From Eledone cirrhosa (lineage: Eukaryota), in assembly GCA_964016885.1 (NCBI GenBank), contig OZ024743.1:73904001-73968000 (forward strand): a stretch of 64,000 nt of DNA. Direction: 5' to 3'. The position numbers and the translations under genes were made by a program. Shown here piece after piece: positions 59,852 to 64,000 of the stretch; the first letter of the stretch is position 1, and every line of letters begins with the position of its first letter. The notes under the pieces were generated by a model, which saw only the letters and a list, made by a program, of their open reading frames with translations, made no database searches and had not been told where the DNA came from.

Positions 59852-61062
59852 TTGTTACATAATAAGGTTGTTTCCGAGGCAATCCAAATTGAATCGACAT
59901 GGGAACGGATGAAGTTCGTGCTTTTGGGTTTTTCATCCATTCCCTTGTGAGTACCAATTCACCCCCACCGGTCTGCACAAGCGCATGTCCGAAGGAAGTT
60001 GACCATTAGCACCGCAGATTTCAACGAAATTCGATATCAGTGGCCCACCTATGTCCTGCCAAAGTTTACTGCTACCCATCACTACTGTGGCAGTCAGCCG
60101 AAAGCCAGAGGGGATGGGAGGGTGTTAGTTTTTATAGGTCATAATACTACCTTTCACTAAGCGTTGACAGTAAGACTGACCATCAACTCATAAGGGAGAA
60201 TAAACTTAATTCTAGGTACTATGGTTTTACATTGTAAGTTAAGAGTGGGAGTTGGAAATAAAAATTAAAATTAAAAGTTAAAATCCTAAATCAAATATCA
60301 GAGATTATAAATTAAACAATAAAATTAAAAAATTCTGAATTCAAAAATTTTTTTCAAGTGATAATTCGGATTGAGTAAAAATATCGATTGAAGTGAGTAA
60401 ATAATATGGAGAGAGATGTTTAAGTAATAAGTTCTGGGAGGGATTCTAGTGTTACAGTTACTCTATCCAGATATTGAACGACAGTGCCGTAAATTATAAC
60501 GGAGGGCAAACCACATGGTTCAAGGCATTAGTCAATCTGTTACACGGTCATAATTTCCATCACATGGAACAGAATCAAAGAAAAACAGACATAAAGTACA
60601 CAAAAGAAAAGAAAAGAACAGAAACAATAGTGAATAAATGCAAAAACACAGAGTACATATATGTAAAATGATCCATATGATTGTCCATCTGTCCATGTAT
60701 AGATTGAATTGAGGGGGCCTCTGTTCAAATGCGATTTGGTGCAGAAAAATAGGGGTTTATCTTATTTTTTGTTTCCGCGTATTTATCCTGTCGAAAGTTA
60801 CTATTACGCCCGTTCAGTGTCAGGGGTTTTCATCCCCATGGTAGAGGGAATTTCCGGGGTAGGTCTTGGTTGGTTCCTCTCTTCTCCACCATATCGGTTA
60901 CATCATAGAGCGCTCAACTAATCGGAGCTAAATTATTAGGGTAAACATTGATGCAATTCAATTCAAGCACTCAACGTACTTTTTCCACATAGGAGTGACG
61001 GAGTAAATATCGAATAAGGAAAAGCGAAGTAGTTTCAGATGTTCAAGTCCTTTAATAATAAT

Positions 61063-61136
61063 GCTGTGATATATATTTCAATGACAACACTGGCCACACT
61101 GTTCTGTGTGCGAGTGTCGTGTCATCATCAGACAGC
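61063..61136 (-). ncRNA. Type I hammerhead ribozyme, family G (second copy)
   Basis: Same architecture as 59778-59851. Confidence 0.82.
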
Positions 61137-61384
61137 TTGTTACATAATAAGGTTGTTTCCGAGGCAATCCAAATTGAATCGACATGGGAACGGATGAAGT
61201 TCGTGCTTTTGGTTTTTTCATCCGTTCCCTTGTGAGTACCAATTCACCCCCACGGATCTGCGCAAGTGCATGTTCGAGGGAAGTTGACCATTAGCACCGC
61301 AGATTTCAACGAAATTCGCTGTTAGTGGCCCACCTATGCCCTGCCAAAGTTTACTGCTACCCATCACTACTGTGGCAGTCAGCC

Positions 61385-62586
61385 ATATTATATTATAATA
61401 TCATGTTTATGTTTGCACGATTGAAAAGGGAAAGATAACTCCAATCTTGTTTGTTAACCGTTAAATGTGATGAATGATTTACTCAGAAAATATACAGAGA
61501 AAATTATATATTATTTCGTGTGAGATTAATTATTTTAGTCGAAAGGTGTGTGAAAGTTTGAAGATCAAAAGGAGAGGAAAAACGTAATGTGCATTTCGAA
61601 GAACTATCGTAAAGAGGATAAATTTTCAGAATGTCAATTAAAGATTATCAATCTACATCTAAAAAAATATATTTAGAGGGATATCATTAGGAAAATAATG
61701 TTAGAAGTAAAAAATATAAAAAAATGTATAAAAAATATATATATTAAAAAAAATTAAAAATTAATGAAAAAATTAAGGTAAAAATAGTAGAAATATTAAA
61801 AAATTAAGAAGGAAGATCATTTAAAAAAAATTTACATTTAAATAGGATCATTTTCAAGGTGTGTAAGATATAGTCAAGTGTAATGAATATCATAAATTAA
61901 AAATACTTCTGAAAGTGGAATTTTGGCGATGTCTGCAAAAAGAAAATAATTCTGTTTTAAGATTAATAGTGTTACAGAATCTTGATAAAGCCATATTTCG
62001 GTATACAGGTGCTTTCGAAATCGTTCCCCAAGATATTGAATAGTCTATATTGTTGTCTTTTAAGTTCCAAATTAAATGTGAAAGTGAAGTGGAATATTTT
62101 TTATCCGATCTCTTAAATGTGCGTTTATGTTTATACCAGCGTTCTTTGAATTTTGTAGAAGTGGAACCAATATAAGTAAATACTTTGTCTCTAGTTTTAA
62201 CAGTGCATTTATAAAGTACGTTTTTGTCTAAGCAATTATTTTTAAATTTAAGTTTCTATTATTAATTCTATTTATATTTTCTCTTATCCCTATTTATATT
62301 TTCTCTTATCCCTTCACTATCCAAGGAAAACTTAAACCGTTAAGGTATCTTTTCTTGGTTATGTCAAAATTTATAAAACAAACTTTGTATTTTATCTGAT
62401 GAAAGCGTACCAAAGTTTTGGTATCCTTGAAATATATATAATAGAATAAATATGGTTTTATAAATATAGTTTCCATTTATTTAATATCATTGAATATTAT
62501 ATTCCAGAAAACTTGTTGGGTGCTCTGAATCAATTATAAACATTTATATTTGTTGAATTAACAACAAATTAAATATCACTTTTCCT

Positions 62587-62590
<4 letters not shown>
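61385..62590. mobile_element. Family B-like Naiad remnant: minus-strand GIY-YIG fragment (about 61920-62250) joined to an inverted 3' end (about 62330-62590)
   Basis: Minus-strand translation NNCLDKNVLYKCTVKTRDKVFTYIGSTSTKFKERWYKH...LIWNLKD. This ORF is not in the supplied track. Confidence 0.8.
62388..62448 (+). ncRNA. Type I hammerhead ribozyme, family B
   Basis: tattttat-CTGATGA-aagcgtaccaaagttttggtatcctt-GAAA-tatata-TA-atagaata. Confidence 0.82.
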
Positions 62591-62619
<29 letters not shown>

Positions 62620-62914
62620 TATACATATATATACATACACACACACACACAAACACCTATATATATATATATATTTATTAAAATAACAGATTAAAGTTTA
62701 AGCAAAGAATCGCTGCTTTCACCCTTAACGGGATCTTCTGAAACTAACAAAGTCAATATTATAAGTCAGTAGAGTGCTCAACCGAGGGAGCCAAATATAT
62801 ATATATAAGTATGTATACATATGATCATATTTACAACTGAAGTACACTTGAATATAATCCTAGAGACTTGTATAAATATGCAAATATCAACACAGACAAT
62901 GTTCTTCTTCATTG

Positions 62915-64000
<1,086 letters not shown>

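Larger units (their letters stand above)
59727..61384 (-). mobile_element. Non-coding retrozyme-like or non-autonomous PLE: 373-bp direct repeats, each with a hammerhead (period 1285 bp)
   Basis: Repeats at 59727-60099 and 61012-61384. No recognisable ORF between them. The left end abuts (TA)n. Confidence 0.78.

Overview
Eukaryotic, repeat-saturated, AT-rich genomic DNA with no convincing host gene. The SINE types and microsatellite load suggest a mollusc, most likely an octopus-type cephalopod (inference). The first 21 kb holds decayed LINEs: a near full-length R4/Dong-like RLE element plus stacked 3' ends in (TAA)n, a Tx1/L1-clade element and RTE fragments. It also holds a Helitron 3' remnant with a PIF1 helicase and tRNA-derived SINEs. 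From about 22 kb to the end, the window is dominated by Penelope-like element (PLE) remnants (Naiad-type and Neptune-like GIY-YIG) sitting in (TA)n tracts. Reading by eye finds about 18 well-formed type I hammerhead ribozyme (HHR) motifs from about 7 sequence families, plus degenerate ones. It also finds about 15 fold-back (inverted) insertions. Many of these follow one rule: two arms are joined at their 5'-truncated ends, often at a self-complementary junction, and one arm stops at a fixed internal T/TA site 60-110 nt short of the other. Two non-coding direct-repeat units resemble retrozymes or non-autonomous PLEs. Most long ORFs in the track are translations of microsatellites.
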